Part shown: positions 50,957 to 64,000 of the stretch, in pieces
Numbering within the stretch: position 1 is the stretch's first letter
How the letters are laid out: each line of letters starts with the position of its first letter
Assembly (NCBI GenBank): GCA_030704615.1
Contig: CM060733.1
Coordinates: 59,706,001-59,770,000 of the forward strand
Direction of reading: 5' to 3'
Source: Takakia lepidozioides
Lineage: Eukaryota > Plantae > Bryophyta
Length of the DNA stretch: 64,000 nucleotides
The notes under the pieces: generated by a model
The model's database searches: none
What the model was told of the DNA's origin: nothing
What the model saw: the letters and a program-made list of their open reading frames with translations, nothing else
Made by a program: the position numbers and the translations under genes

Positions 50957-51739
50957 CGCAGCACCTGGAGTTCGAGACGCAACCACGGAACAGATGAGCT
51001 CAGGCAGCCTGACCGAGAGAACTCGAACAAGACGAAGGCCAAACTAAGAAGCTAAGGCCTGCGTATCTATCTTTCCCTCACATCTTCTAGTACATACGGC
51101 GGAGATCCATCTATTCTCCGTTTTGGGCGGCTGAGATTTGGACACACGCTGAGTAAGATAGGAAGGGGTTTAGGGTTTAGAAAACATTTCTTCATTGCAT
51201 CGTCTGGGGAGAGTGTTGTAGGGTTTCTCGGGAAGGTTGGTTTTCCTGTGAAGTGGCTTGAGATTGGTCCTTGTGTCTAAGCTGTTGGTTTGGCAGTCGT
51301 GTGGGAGTGATAATTCTTCAGCTGCAAAGGTCTTTTCTGGACAGAAGCACCACGCTCTCTTCTCTGAAAACTTGTGACATATCTTCCAGGTACTGACTTA
51401 GGATTCTTCGGGCCAAAATGCTCGCTGTCCACAATCAGAGGTCATATATAGCTCAATTTTCCTCAACCCATCACGCAAGCTCACTTTGAGATCAGGCAGA
51501 CAGCTATATTTAAGTAACTGGAAGTAGATGTAATACTGCTCAAACATACTCTAGTTGCAAAAGACTCGATGGTTGTATGCAATGGCTTCCATCACACGAA
51601 GAGTGAGAGTGATAGACTCTTGGTTCGTTTGAACAGAAACCTGAAGGATTATAGGTGTAACCCAGCTGGACTGAAGAAGAAAGACAAGTTTAGACAAAGA
51701 CCGGTAGCTTTTAAGGTTATGATTGTGGATCGGATGATA

Positions 51740-54007
51740 TCACCAGTAATCTCCACAAGAACACACCCCATTTTTGAAGTGATGAAAGCGATTAGCATCC
51801 CTTGCAATAATTTCACGTCCAACAATATTGGATATGAACTTTGCGGCCGTGTGGCAATCACCACACACCCGAAGATTCTTGATTATGCGGATAGGTGTCC
51901 CATGGGGTATGCTGATGAGCCCAAAAGCAATGGCAAGCTTTTCACTATGGTAGCAGAGAGCCTGTTCCTTCTGATGCTGATCCACATCATGTAAGACGAA
52001 GCTTGTGTCAGGCACATATCCTGCCTCCCCCATTTGTTGATTTAGTCTCTGCAACTCAGTATAGATCTCCTCTGTTTGTGGGTGTGATTTATCTTCTGCA
52101 CCAAAGGCATGTACTCTACTATTAACCACAATCCAGCTGCGCCCTGGCTCCTTTTTCATGCCTCTGTTCTCCATCATTTTCCTGATCTTTGCTACATCAT
52201 TCCATCTGCCTGCAACAGCATAGATGTTTGACAGTAGCACGTGGACTGAAGCATTTTGTGGTTCTAATTTGAGAACACATTCTGCAGCACGCTCTGCCAG
52301 CCTAACATTGCCGTGGATTCTACAGGCACCAAGCAAGGCACCCCAGATTGGAGCATCTGGCTTAAAGGGCATTTTATCGAGAAGGTCTTCTGCCTCATCC
52401 AAGTGCCCTGCGCGACCAAGAAGGTCAACTAGACAGCCATAGTGCTCACGTGTTGGTGTGATGCCATGCTGTTGAATCATTGAATGCAGGTAGTGACGAC
52501 CTTCATGCACTAGGCCCGCATGGTTGCATGCAGAGAGGACACCAACCAATGTAATATCATCTGGCTTCACGCCGTCCCATTGCATCTGTTCAAAGAGTTG
52601 CAGGGCCTCCTTACCACACCCATGCTGGGCAAATCCAGTGATCATTACAGTCCATGAGATGATGTCTCGTTCAAGAGTTCTGTCAAACACTCCCTGTGCA
52701 TCACCCAGACTGCCACATTTGCAATACATGTCAATGAGGGCATTTTGCACTCGGATATCTGACTCAAAGCCAAATTTTCTGGTATGACTGTGGACACTCT
52801 TGCCCTCTTCCAGGATGCCTACGCTGGCACATGCATTGATGATGCTAATAAAAGTGACCTTGTCAGGCTGCATGCTTTCTCTTTGCATCTGCCAGAAGAG
52901 GTCCAAGGCCCCATCACCATGACCATGCTGAGCTAATCCTGTGATCATAGCAGTCCATGAGACCACATCTCGCTTAACCATTCTGTCAAACACTTGGCAT
53001 GCATCCACCACACTCCCACACTTGCAATACATGCTGACAAGGGCAGTCCCTACTCGGATATCTGATTCAAATTGAGCTTTAATGATGTCTGCATGAAGCC
53101 GCTTGCCTTGTTCCAGTGCAGCTGGGTTAGCGCATGCGTTGAGGATGCTCATGAAAGTGATCCTGTCTGCCTTCATGCCTGCTCTTTGCATTTGCTGTAA
53201 AAGTTCAAAAGCCTCCTCACCATGGCCATGCTGAGCAGATCCTCCAATCACTGCATTCCATGATACCACATCTCGTTTAGGCATGCAATCAAACACTTGG
53301 CGTGCAGTCATCACGCTCCCACACTTGCAATACATGCTGACAAGAGCAGTCCCCACTCGGACAGCCGACCCTAATCCGGCTTCCATGATGCCAGCATGGA
53401 CCTGCTTGCCCTGTTCCAGATCTGCAGGGCTCACACACGCTTTAAGGATGCTGATGAAAGTGATCTCATCAGGATTCATGCCTTCCTTTTGCATTTGCCT
53501 GTAGAGTTTAAAGGCATCTTCCCCGTGCCCTTGCTGAGCCAATCCTGCAATCATGGTATTCCATGAGATCACATCTCGCTTAGGCATGCTATCGAACACT
53601 CTGCGGGCATCCACAACACTTCCGCACTTCACATACATGCACACTAGAGTATTTCCAAGGAAAGCGTCAGGCTGGAATCCACTTTTGATGATGTGGGCGT
53701 GGACGCCTTTGCCATCTGCCAAGGCCTTCATCTTACCATAGCCCTGCAAGAGACGAGCACAGATATTGGAATATGTCCGAAAGCCCTGGTGCTCCACGAG
53801 ATCCAGATTGTGCACTGCCTCCTTCAATCGTCCTTCCTTGAATACTGTGCTCATATTCCCACTAATTCCACAAATGTACTCGTGGTGTCCATCTCCATCA
53901 CATCTTTGCTCTCCATTAGAAGCAAGAATGATTGAGGGCGTGCCCAGGCCCAGACTCTGATGCCCAGCAAGTAATTCGGTCTGATTCCACAATTGAAACC
54001 CCACCAC
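51740..54007 (-). CDS. PLS-class PPR protein with E and DYW cytidine deaminase domains (organellar C-to-U editing factor)
   Basis: 755-aa ORF with P-L-S triplets, PG box KKEPGRSWI, HSEKLA, CGDCH and terminal CSCGDYW. The true start codon is uncertain. Confidence 0.95.
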   Translation of the reverse strand: MVGFQLWNQTELLAGHQSLGLGTPSIILASNGEQRCDGDGHHEYICGISGNMSTVFKEGRLKEAVHNLDLVEHQGFRTYSNICARLLQGYGKMKALADGKGVHAHIIKSGFQPDAFLGNTLVCMYVKCGSVVDARRVFDSMPKRDVISWNTMIAGLAQQGHGEDAFKLYRQMQKEGMNPDEITFISILKACVSPADLEQGKQVHAGIMEAGLGSAVRVGTALVSMYCKCGSVMTARQVFDCMPKRDVVSWNAVIGGSAQHGHGEEAFELLQQMQRAGMKADRITFMSILNACANPAALEQGKRLHADIIKAQFESDIRVGTALVSMYCKCGSVVDACQVFDRMVKRDVVSWTAMITGLAQHGHGDGALDLFWQMQRESMQPDKVTFISIINACASVGILEEGKSVHSHTRKFGFESDIRVQNALIDMYCKCGSLGDAQGVFDRTLERDIISWTVMITGFAQHGCGKEALQLFEQMQWDGVKPDDITLVGVLSACNHAGLVHEGRHYLHSMIQQHGITPTREHYGCLVDLLGRAGHLDEAEDLLDKMPFKPDAPIWGALLGACRIHGNVRLAERAAECVLKLEPQNASVHVLLSNIYAVAGRWNDVAKIRKMMENRGMKKEPGRSWIVVNSRVHAFGAEDKSHPQTEEIYTELQRLNQQMGEAGYVPDTSFVLHDVDQHQKEQALCYHSEKLAIAFGLISIPHGTPIRIIKNLRVCGDCHTAAKFISNIVGREIIARDANRFHHFKNGVCSCGDYW

Positions 54008-54309
54008 CCTGCGTGATCCACGTCAGCCGAAAGGGTCAATGCCTCACTCTGTTGCCCATTTCCAGGGAGGAATTTCCACCCCAAGTTGTAACATCACATC
54101 CTGATTGATCCATCCTACCGAGATGATTCCAAACTTGAAACCGGACCGCTGTATGATGACCATCCCCAGAAAGCCTAATTTTTCAGCGTTTGAACTGGCA
54201 GGGATCACTTTTTGCAAGTTGTAACTTCTGATCTTATTTGATTTCACACTATAAACGAAAGGAAGGAAACTTGATCATACCGAATATTGCAGAGGTACTC
54301 AGACAGCGC

Positions 54310-54515
54310 TTTGGAGGTCGCCTTCTGAACCATTCTCCCAGGTCAACGGCTTTCATAGGTCCGTTGGCTACGAGAAGAAGACAGTTTATGACGTCCCCTC
54401 GAAGCTTCGGAGGTCGCATTGTGAACCATTCTCTCCTCACAACAGCTTCCATGGATCCGTCGCTAGGAGGAGAAGAGAAAACAAACTGAAGTTCATCACG
54501 TCCACTCGAAGCTCA
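54310..54515. repeat. ~100-bp tandem duplication
   Basis: GGAGGTCGC..TGAACCATTCTC..ACGTCC.CTCGAAGCT occurs twice. Confidence 0.65.
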
Positions 54516-56487
54516 AAGGGGCTTATGGGAGCCAGAAATGGGATCCAAAGTAGGGCCTTCTCATTTCACGAGGGCTGCAGGTCATCATCATCTGCGCCAC
54601 TCTAACATTCGGCTGAACAACATGGCCCCTGCTGTGCTTTTCCCCATCCTCTTCGCTGGTAAGTTAGTGCGAAGACTCTGTAAAGGTTAAGGCTCAAAGG
54701 AGGTGTCTGCATGTTTGTAGCCAACCAAATGAGAATGCTTGGAAGGGAACTTGGCATTAATGAGCCTTTACTTTTTGAGAAGCGAGCCTCCTTCCCTCCT
54801 TTCTCTCTCTCTCCCACTTTGTGAAAGCTTTACTTTCTTCTCCCTTGCTCGATCACAAGGAAAACGAGGAGCCTAATGGGGGGCTGATAGCTTTTGGATT
54901 GGAGGGTTTCACACAGCACTCGGGTAGAATCTTTTGCCACAAATTGTAATGCCTGCGAAGATCTGCAAAATGTAGTAAGGACTTGTAAGGCTGCTGCTTG
55001 AGCTGAAATCACTCTGATTTACAATATATATTGGTGAGAGAGAAAGGGAAGATATTGCGGGGGGAAGCCAGCTGGATTCACCAAACCATCACTGGGGCAC
55101 TTTACATGCAGGTTCAATGTCATTTGTACACGTGACACAAGCCAAAGAGTCTCGTTAAACATGTCCTCGGTGCCCCTTAACTGGCCATCCTGTTGATGCA
55201 AACAAAGCTCGTGACTGGGGTCAGTTGCAAGAAGGATCTGAAGATTTTTGGAACACATGTTGCTCACACTATTGCTGTGATTTGCACTGGAGGGCCTTTC
55301 TTCTCTTCGCAGAAAAAATCCCGAAGTGGGCGGAGTCCCCAAAGTTTGAAAGAAAAAGGTCAAAACATGTTATGTACAGGCCAGCCTCTTATTCCCAGTG
55401 ACTGGAAATGTGTCATAATGTGGCTTCAAAATGGATCTCACGGAGGTCATTTTTCCGATTACAAGCCATACAACATTTGCAGATTTAGTAGGGATTACAG
55501 CACACGTCAGCTGCATAACACATCTGAGATTAGCAGTTTCCTTCAGAGTTCTCATCTCACCAATCAATACCTTAAAAGAGGGCAAATGTGATTAAGAATC
55601 TCTTGTTATTATCTGTCCTCGACTTCCGTGTTCCTTGTTCCTATGCTGTCAGTCGCCAGGAAGGCACACAGAGGAAAGCCTGCAAGCCTGCATATGTGCC
55701 AGCCCCTGTTAGAAAACCATCCAGGAATCAATTACTTGAATTTGCCCCTTTCCAGAGCCGTCACAAGGACATGTTCCTGGAATATTGTGGTTGGCTAATT
55801 ATGACCCACTACAAGCACATTCTCTTAGTCCACTTCCATGCTCGCCCTCTCTGATTTTGACTTTCAACTTTCCACTGCCAATTTCCTTGCAAGTGAGGAT
55901 GTGAGAACATCACCTTGGACAGCACAGTACCCATATTTCGATGCACAAATGATGAAACTCCATGATCTGGATTACTTCCAAAGATGAGGCTGGAGGCAAC
56001 CAAGATCAATGAACACCCACCTCACCCCAAGACACATGCACCACAAAAAATGGTTACAAACCTGTAACACAGTCTCACAGAAAATGCAGGATTCCAGATA
56101 AGCATACTCACTAACCGCCGACATGCACATATTAATGCAACCAAGGCACTGTAGCACCAAACCCCCCTCCATCCACCATTGATGGTCTAACTTTCAGCCC
56201 GGCCCTGCTCATTATTCCCTTGCATCAACAATCCTGCTTTGAGAAACAAGGCACCCCAGCATACTAACCCCATGGCAACCAGAATGCTCATCAAAACAGT
56301 ATATCAATCTCAAATAGACAATGCGACAAGCTTGCAACATAATCTGCTCAAGAATCCAAGATATAAAGACGACACTTATTCCATTAGACCAGAGCCTTAT
56401 GGACGTTGGCATTACCCTCAGCTTGCAAGATGTGGACCGCATAATTCATAATTTGGAAGATCACATTCGTTGCTTGTTTCACTCAAA

Positions 56488-58800
56488 TCACCAATAATCT
56501 CCACAAGAACACACCCCATTCTTAAAGTGATGAAAGCGGCTGGCATCCCTTGTAACAATTTCCCGCCCAACAATCTTGGATATGAACTTGGTTGCAGTGT
56601 GGCAATCACCACATACTCTAAGGTTCTTGATAACACGGATGGGTGTCCCAGGGGGAGTGCTAATGAGCCCGAAAGCAATGGCCAGCTTTTCACTGTGGTG
56701 GCAGAGAGCTAATTCCTTTTGATGTTGATCCACCTCATATAATACAAAGCGTGTGTCAGGAACATAACCTGCCTCCTTCATCTCCCTAGTCAATCTGTCC
56801 AACTCTGCATAGATACCCTTTGTTTGTGGGTGTGATCTATCTTCTACAAGAAACGTATGTATCCTGTTCTCAACCTCAATCCAGCTGCGCCCTAACTCCT
56901 TTTTCACACCTCTTTCATGCATTGTTTTCCGCACCTTTGCTACATCATCCCATTTACCACCCAAAGAATAGATGTTTGAAAGCAGCACATACACTGCAGA
57001 ATCTTCTGGTTCCAGCTCAAGAAAACATTCTGCAGCACGCTCCGCTAGTTGCATATTCCCATGGAGTCTGCAGGCACTAAGCAAGCTCCCCCACATTGGA
57101 GCATCTGGTTCAAATGGCATTTTTTTCATCAAGTCCTCTGCTTCATTCAGGCGTCCTGCACGACCAAGAAGGTCAACCATGCATCCATAGTGCTTTTTAG
57201 TTGGTTTCAAGCCATGATCTTGACTCATAGATAGGAAGTGATGATTGCCTTCAGCCACTAAACCCACATGGCTGCATGCAGAGAGAACACCAATAAATGT
57301 GACCTCATCAGGCTTCACTCCTTCCCGATCCATCTGTCCAAAGAGTTGGAGAGCCTCCTTCCCATGCCCGTGCTGGGCATATCCTATAATCATCGCATTC
57401 CACAAGACCACTTCTTTTTTGAAAACTTTGTCGAACACTTGTCTCGCATCCTCCACACTCCCGCATTTGGAATACATGTCGACAAGGGCACTCCCCACAA
57501 AGACATCTGCCTCACATCCAGATTCGATGATGCGGACATGGACCCTCCTGCCCTCTTCCAGGACTGCTAGGCTGGCGCATGCACCGAGGATGCTAATGAA
57601 AGTGACCTTGTTTGGTTTCACTCCCTCTAGTTGCATCTGCCGAAAGAGTTCCAAGGCCTCCTCACCATCACCATGTTGAGCAGACCCTCCAATCATCGCA
57701 TTCCATGACACCACATCTCGCTGTGGCATCTTAAAGAATACTCCGCGTGCATCCACCACACTTCCGCACCTACAATACATAGTGACAAGGGTAGTCCCCA
57801 CTCGGACATCCGAGTCAAATCCAGCTTTGATTATGCCCGCATGGAGCCGCTTGCCTTGTTCCAGAGCTGCTGGGGTAGCACATGCATTGAGAATGCCGAT
57901 GCAAGTGACGTTGTTTGCCCTGACGCCTTCTCGTTGCATCTGGCGAAAGACTTCCAATGCCTCTGCACCGTGCCCTTGCTGAGATAAGCCTGCAATCATC
58001 GCATTCCATGAGATCACATCTCGCTTCGGCATCTGGTCAAACACTTGCCGAGCCTCAACCACACTCCCGCACTTGCAATACATGCTGACAAGGGCGTTTC
58101 CCACTTCTACCTCTAACTCCAGTCCAGCCTCAACGATGTCGGCATGGAGCCGTTTGCCTTGTTCCAGAGCCAGTGGGCTGGCACATGCACTCAGGATGCT
58201 CATGAATGTGACCTTGTTTGGCTCCAGGCCTTCTCGTTGCATTTGCCAAAACAGGTCGAATGCCTTTCCGCCATGCCCTTGCTTAGCTAATCCTGCAATC
58301 ATCGCAGTCCATGAGACTATATTACGTTCAGGCATTTTGTCAAACACTTGGCGAGCATCCTCCACACTCCCGCACTTGCAGTACATGCTGACAACCGAGT
58401 TTCCCAGGAATTGGTTTCCTGCAAATTCACTTTTGATTATGTGGGCATGGACACGCTTTCCATCTGCCAGGGCCTTCGTCTTTCCATAACCCTGCAGGAG
58501 ACGAGCACATGTTGCGGAGTATGCCCAAAAGCCTCGTTGCTCCATCAGATCCAAGAGCTGCACTGCCTCCGTCCATCGTCCCTCCTTGCACACTGTGCTC
58601 ACATCCACTCTACTCCTAGAAATCGCCTGGTGGCTCCCTTCCCTTTTCGGAGCTGTTTCCCGCTCGCCACTACAAGCAGTGGCAATGGTGGCCGTTCCAA
58701 GCCTCAAACCCTTGCCACTTCTCTGATTCCCACCAAATGCCCGTGTGTGACTGCAGACCTGAGACCCCAGGACCCTGCAAAACAGCCGCAGTAAGATCAA
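56488..58800 (-). CDS. PLS-class PPR-DYW protein, tandem paralogue of 51740-54007
   Basis: 770-aa ORF with PLS repeats, [21 protein letters not shown] and CSCGDYW. Confidence 0.95.
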   Translation of the reverse strand: MILLRLFCRVLGSQVCSHTRAFGGNQRSGKGLRLGTATIATACSGERETAPKREGSHQAISRSRVDVSTVCKEGRWTEAVQLLDLMEQRGFWAYSATCARLLQGYGKTKALADGKRVHAHIIKSEFAGNQFLGNSVVSMYCKCGSVEDARQVFDKMPERNIVSWTAMIAGLAKQGHGGKAFDLFWQMQREGLEPNKVTFMSILSACASPLALEQGKRLHADIVEAGLELEVEVGNALVSMYCKCGSVVEARQVFDQMPKRDVISWNAMIAGLSQQGHGAEALEVFRQMQREGVRANNVTCIGILNACATPAALEQGKRLHAGIIKAGFDSDVRVGTTLVTMYCRCGSVVDARGVFFKMPQRDVVSWNAMIGGSAQHGDGEEALELFRQMQLEGVKPNKVTFISILGACASLAVLEEGRRVHVRIIESGCEADVFVGSALVDMYSKCGSVEDARQVFDKVFKKEVVLWNAMIIGYAQHGHGKEALQLFGQMDREGVKPDEVTFIGVLSACSHVGLVAEGNHHFLSMSQDHGLKPTKKHYGCMVDLLGRAGRLNEAEDLMKKMPFEPDAPMWGSLLSACRLHGNMQLAERAAECFLELEPEDSAVYVLLSNIYSLGGKWDDVAKVRKTMHERGVKKELGRSWIEVENRIHTFLVEDRSHPQTKGIYAELDRLTREMKEAGYVPDTRFVLYEVDQHQKELALCHHSEKLAIAFGLISTPPGTPIRVIKNLRVCGDCHTATKFISKIVGREIVTRDASRFHHFKNGVCSCGDYW

Positions 58801-61309
58801 TGCTTAACCCTACAGCCCCTCCAATGCCATACAGTCAAGGGACCAGCTACAAGTTTCCGACTATTAAGTTGGGTTTCGCACTACAGGGAGAGAAGGTGCA
58901 GAGACTGCGAGCTTACCCAACAATCCAGATTTTTCTCCGCAAGCACATTACAACGATCGCAACCTCCTAGATCTGCAGAAAGCAGATCTGCGCACTGAGA
59001 CGTTTCAGTTTGTGCTGGCCATCTGCGGGTTTCCGTTTGTGTCCACCCCTGTTTTATATTCTCCCAAAATCACACATGACATTCGAGGTGCGAGGTGCGA
59101 CTACCCTTTCGAAGAGGGCATGGAATCATCCATCATGCTTCTTTAGATTGAATGACACACTGATCTGAGCACCTTCTTTATACAATGTCCAGTGTGGCCA
59201 CTTTTGCACCTCTGCATCGAATGTGATGGTGGGATACATGTCCCCTGGCAGTGCTTCATATACCTTTCAGTTCTTTTTTGCCCAGATGTTGCCCAGATGC
59301 ACAGCTGCAGAGATGTGTGGCACAGCAAGATCATGAACAACCTCGATCCCTCCTCCCAGATTTACAAAGCAAGAGGTGAATATCTCGGGAAGCCAAACTC
59401 GGCTCCGGCCCTCAAATAGCGTAAAGGCCTGCCCTAATTTTCCCTTTCTGTATATCGTGACCTTCGAAAACAGAATGCCCACCGATCGGGTGTTTGGAGC
59501 CTTGCATCGCATTGTCTTGACCAAAGCTTAGAGGAAACAGTGCTGCTCTCTTTTCTCACAGGTAAGTAGGTCAGCTCCCTGGCAGAATAAGCAGGCTTGA
59601 GCGTCTCATCTCGTGATCTTTTGGTCTTTACCTGCGTAGCCAGTTTTCTTCCTCAATCTACAGGAGGTTAAGAAAGAGTATTTTCTGGTGGCTTTCCTTC
59701 TTGTCTCTCCTAACACACCTGGTTTGTTGACTATCGCTTGCAAGCTTAGCCGAAGACATTACCAACTTGCTTTGCAACGTGGGTTTCTGCATCAAAATTG
59801 ATTTTGGCCTCGGTAGCGGTCCTTTTTCCCTGGTTTGTCATACGGGAGACTGCTCTCCTGTTATTGCTTCAAGACTTGGTCGTAGCCAGTGTTACCTGGA
59901 TCCATTCTTATGATTGTAAAATCATCCCATTTCTGAAGTGTGGTAGCACAGTGGAAGGACAACTTGCTCTTCCTTTCTGTTTAGGAGCATAGTTCGATGG
60001 CATGGTGTTACAAGTTTTCAGCCTCTCGAAATGACGTGTTCAGACATATGCTAGGTCCGAGACTACGAGGACCAAGTGCATGGGGAGTGAAGACGAAAGA
60101 GTGTTTCGTATATATCCTGTCAACCTGTCTGTGTTAGAATCACCTGGATATTAACATTCCCCTTTGACGAGCATCTGGTAGGCATAGATTGAAGATCTTG
60201 TGTAGTTTTTCCAGGTATGATGGGACCATCTAGCTGGGCCCTTGCAGCAATTAAACCTATAAGTAAAGATCACACAAGGCTTCTGACAAGGCTGAAAATT
60301 CTGAATTGGGGAGTGCCGTAGTTCCGATCAAACGGGAGTATGGGTTTGAGAATAGTAACTGTTACATAGTTCCATGGGAGGAGGACTTTCCCGAAGTAGT
60401 TTTCCACCGGTGCCACGTTTTTCTTGGAGCATTGCAGGATATTTCCGTATCCGGGGGAAGTCATTCAATATGCTGAATCTTTCAAGTAGAGAAAAGATCG
60501 CACTTTGTGTAGGGTTTCCAGTTTCCACCTCTCGGCACCTCCATAGTTATGCTATTTCTTCCGATAGTAACGGCGTATAATATTTACATAAGTTGCGCAG
60601 ATGAGGATCCTTTTGCTTGCTGCTTGGCTATCCTACATGCTCGTGATGTTTCTTCCGCTTGTGCAGTGCAATGTTTAGGATGAGTCTACTTTTGCTCAGC
60701 ATGCGACTCCCAGTGAGTGATATTCCATTTCCCATGACAAATTGCTGACCATGCAATATTGTGCATTGGTGTGTGTGTAGGCTGGCCATCCAATCCCATG
60801 CACATCTATACTCCAAGCTCGGTTCAGGCCCTCAAATAGCAGAACGCCCTCCGCTCGAAGCATTCTCCTAAACTGGACAACCCCAGCTTAGGATGGGCCA
60901 TTCCAGAGTGTGTAAGGCACCAGACTCTGGAGCTTATGGCATATATAACAAGGAGGGTGTTGTCAACAGGCATGATGAACTTGCCTGCTGAAGGGAAAGG
61001 CCCAACTATTGCGATCAAACATTTACTGATACAGACAAATAGAATCCATGACAGAACTCTACAAAAGTGGAATGTTTCTTAAGGGAATAGAAAACCTCCT
61101 CATAGGTGACCTTTCAATACCTTTCATTACAAAACTCTTGGACGACGATTGGGATTGTAGCTCCAGTAAAGCCTCTATAGAAGACATATTGACATGAACT
61201 AAAATATCATCATTGTTACAAAGTAAAAGAATTTCCTTTTGAGCAGCCCCCCAGACTTTACTGTCTTTGGTTCCCGCTGCATAGCTCCCATAGATCAAAA
61301 GACCAGATC

Positions 61310-63860
61310 TTACTGTGGTGCAATGCCTGAAATGCCGCCTCCTATAACAGACCTTGAAAACCCTTGAGGTAGTGTCGGAGTGCCTGATCTAGGAAGACCT
61401 TGAGATGACGTTAATTGACTAGCAGGTGAAGGCATCGGCATACTAGTACTGGAGGATGCCCCAGTAGAACCTCTGCCTATGCCGGGAAGAGACGCAGACA
61501 CAGGTGTGGCCACCCCACCTGGTCCAAAGGTGAACACAGCAGGCCTAGGTGCAGCTACTGGGGCCTGCCCTGGCAAGGCACTACTAGAAGCTGTGCCAAG
61601 TCGTGACGCAGCCATGCGTGCATGCTCTGCATACACTTTCTGCCTTGCACGTTCCACTTGCTCACACTCCTTTGCCAGCATCATCTCCAAGTCGTTACAG
61701 GTCTTTAATTTCAGCTCCAGCTTTTTAAACTGCCACATTCCCAGCATATGGGCCACAGTTACTGTGAGAACTGAAGGCTTCCATTGAACAAAACTGCAGT
61801 GACTCGTGCTTCTCAACAACTCACCTTAACAAAATCCAGCTCAACTCTTGGGGAGTAAAACCCATTTTTGGTAAACAATCAATACACACTGCAGTGCAGT
61901 GCAAGAAGTGTCAAGACCTGGTGCTCAATGACTGTTGTGACCAGACGCTGCATCTCACGCTCCTCCTGATCAGCCAGCAGTTTCGCCTTCACAGCAGCAG
62001 CTGCTAATGCAGCGGCTGCCGCCTGCTTCACACGGGTTGAACCAAGGGGGTCCTCTGCATCTGTCAAACTGCGGTCCTCCTGCAACCTCTGAGCACCATC
62101 CTTACCTGCAAGTGCCATCTAAACCCCTGCTTAGGGAGGAAGGTCAATCACAACCCACATTTCCTCAGGCCTTACATTGACAAGTGCTCGGTCAAAAGCT
62201 GGTTATAGGTTCAAGAATTACCAGAGTTTCCCTCTCCACCCGTAACCTCCACATCTTTCTTCGAAGCTGCATCAGTGTCTGACGCAGGCAACGTCATCCC
62301 TGCCGAAGCAGATTCACCACTGCCTAGCTTGGGGCCCTCAACCCCACTTTGCAACTCCGCATTTGATTGGACTACCCTGCCAACTTCAACATCGCAACCA
62401 GTTGGAACTTGCCTTACATATGTGTGCAACAAAGTCACCAACCAATTATGGATCAAAGATACACACAAGGAAACATGATCTAACACCAGCTTACATAGCC
62501 TGGCAATCTAAGCTCCAGATTGCAACTCATTGAGCCATGAACAGGTCCAACACAACAAGTGAACTGGTGCAATGAATCTTGGATCATTGACTTTCAGACA
62601 TTCCGTGCTTTGAGAATTCTGTTTCAATATAACATGGACCACATGTAGAAGGACCATACTGTTTGGGTCTAGTTGAGGACTTACAAAGTCCTTCTAGCTG
62701 AATGTCCCCTGGTACTAATTAACTTGGACAGGTCAAAAAACTTCCAAACAACTTGTTTGGGTGGCAAAAACACTTTCATGGCAGAATCAATGCTCATCTT
62801 AGCACTCGGTGACCCAACAGGAAGCCATCCCTTTCAAAGCTAGTGGGAGCAAAAGCTGGACCGAGGAATAGGTTAAAAAACTCCCATATTTACGGCTTGT
62901 GCTGCATGGTAAAGCTAATGATATGATCGAGCTCAGCAGTAAGAGGTGATAGGCTAAAAACCTGTCAGGAGAAGGACCACTTTGTGAGTTGGCTTCGACC
63001 TGAGGACCATCCAAAGTGATTGCAGTGCCTGCGGCCAGGCGAGGTGCAGGATCCTTATCTGACAGCACTGCCAATGCTGCCTGTGCTGCAGCTGCAGCTA
63101 CACGTGGCCCAACCATAGCGGCAAGAAATGCAACCTACAAAACTCAACAGACACCTGATCAAACAAGCAAGTTTGGGGTATCCCCACGAGCATTTCAGAG
63201 TATGCCAAACAACTTAGCAAAGTTATGGTAAAACCAATGTCCTGTACCTGATGAAGTGGCTATCTAGGAAGCTCGTGAGTACACTACCCATCAGGAAAGG
63301 AAAGTATACAAGGGTGAAACACTCCACAGCAAATCTTGTATGACTCCAATACACACCTGGGCCATAACGGGGTTGCCAGCATCTGCGAATGGTACAGGAC
63401 TGTGTGATGCGGATACTCCGTTGGTAGCCTCAGCAGCAACCTTGCCACTGAGTTCCTTCCCCTTGTCTGTGACAGAGCTCTTATCTAACGAGGACTCCAC
63501 CTTATGCTCTCCTTGCAAAAGGCTGGCCGTAGTTGTTTTGGAGGGTGAAGAGGGGGCAGTGAGTGCAGTGCCAGGAGTCTCCATCTCTTCCAAGAAAGGG
63601 TCCTCAACGGGCAGACGGATAAAATGCAGAATGCACTGAGACTTGGATTTGGTAGCCACATGCTCTGCAATTTCATTCCAGTTGTCACCATAAATCTCCA
63701 GTGCCTCCAGCAGCAGTAGGGTTTCCTGGTCTGTCCAACCCCCACCATTTGCATTGGCTGCCTCTGTAAAAGCATCCATCCTCATGAAATCTGTAGACAC
63801 CATGTCGGGCCCAAACTTCCCATCGTTGTAACAGTCTGGGCAGAGATCAAAATCTGCCTG
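61310..63860 (-). CDS. SWI3: SWI/SNF subunit SWI3 (SWI3C-like), 3' exons; gene continues beyond the window
   Basis: ZZ-like DLCPDCYNDGKF. SANT WTDQETLLLLEALEIYGDNWNEIAEHVATKSKSQCILHF. Then PFADAGNPVMAQV, VGPRVAAAAA, KAKLLADQEEREMQRL and KKLELKL..KECEQVE. Confidence 0.92.
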
Positions 63861-64000
63861 CTCACCCACAGATAAAATACGGTCAAAGGAGCGGCTCTCC
63901 AGAAGGCCCTAACTACTGTGCACTCACTGGGTTACTCTGTTCAACTCTTCCAAGCAGGTCAGTATGCCGTCCCCTAAATGACAAAAGGTGACCAGTCCAT

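Noticed and set aside
51740-58800. U-to-C (KP-type) editing factors
   Set aside because: Both have a PG-type box, HSE and a terminal DYW, i.e. the canonical C-to-U type.

Overview
Eukaryotic land-plant genomic DNA. It is most likely an early-diverging, RNA-editing-rich lineage such as a bryophyte; this is inferred from the PLS-DYW PPR genes and TE types and is not proven. The first ~29 kb is a nested transposon stack. The outer element is a Mutator(MULE)-like DNA transposon (~0.85-28.7 kb). Its transposase (Cys/His zinc finger, DDE core, SWIM) lies head-to-head with a spliced cargo gene encoding a ParB/Srx-like domain plus a beta-class amino (N6A/N4C) DNA methyltransferase-like domain. Inserted in the transposase with a 4-bp TSD (GTGC) is a Ty3/Gypsy element (7249-25259, minus strand). 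Its polyprotein reads Gag - protease - C5 cytosine DNA methyltransferase - RT - RNaseH - integrase - PHD finger. It also has unusual split terminal repeats (A...B-A-B) and an apparent self-priming site instead of a tRNA PBS. A second, chromodomain-type Gypsy family has inserted four times into this stack. The rest of the window holds TE relics and repeats (29-34 kb), then host genes: TAR/alliinase-family aminotransferase, DUF427 protein, ubiquitin-specific protease, RPL10, two intact PLS-DYW PPR editing factors and the 3' part of a SWI3C-like gene. Single-base frameshifts also occur in host genes, so many may be assembly errors.
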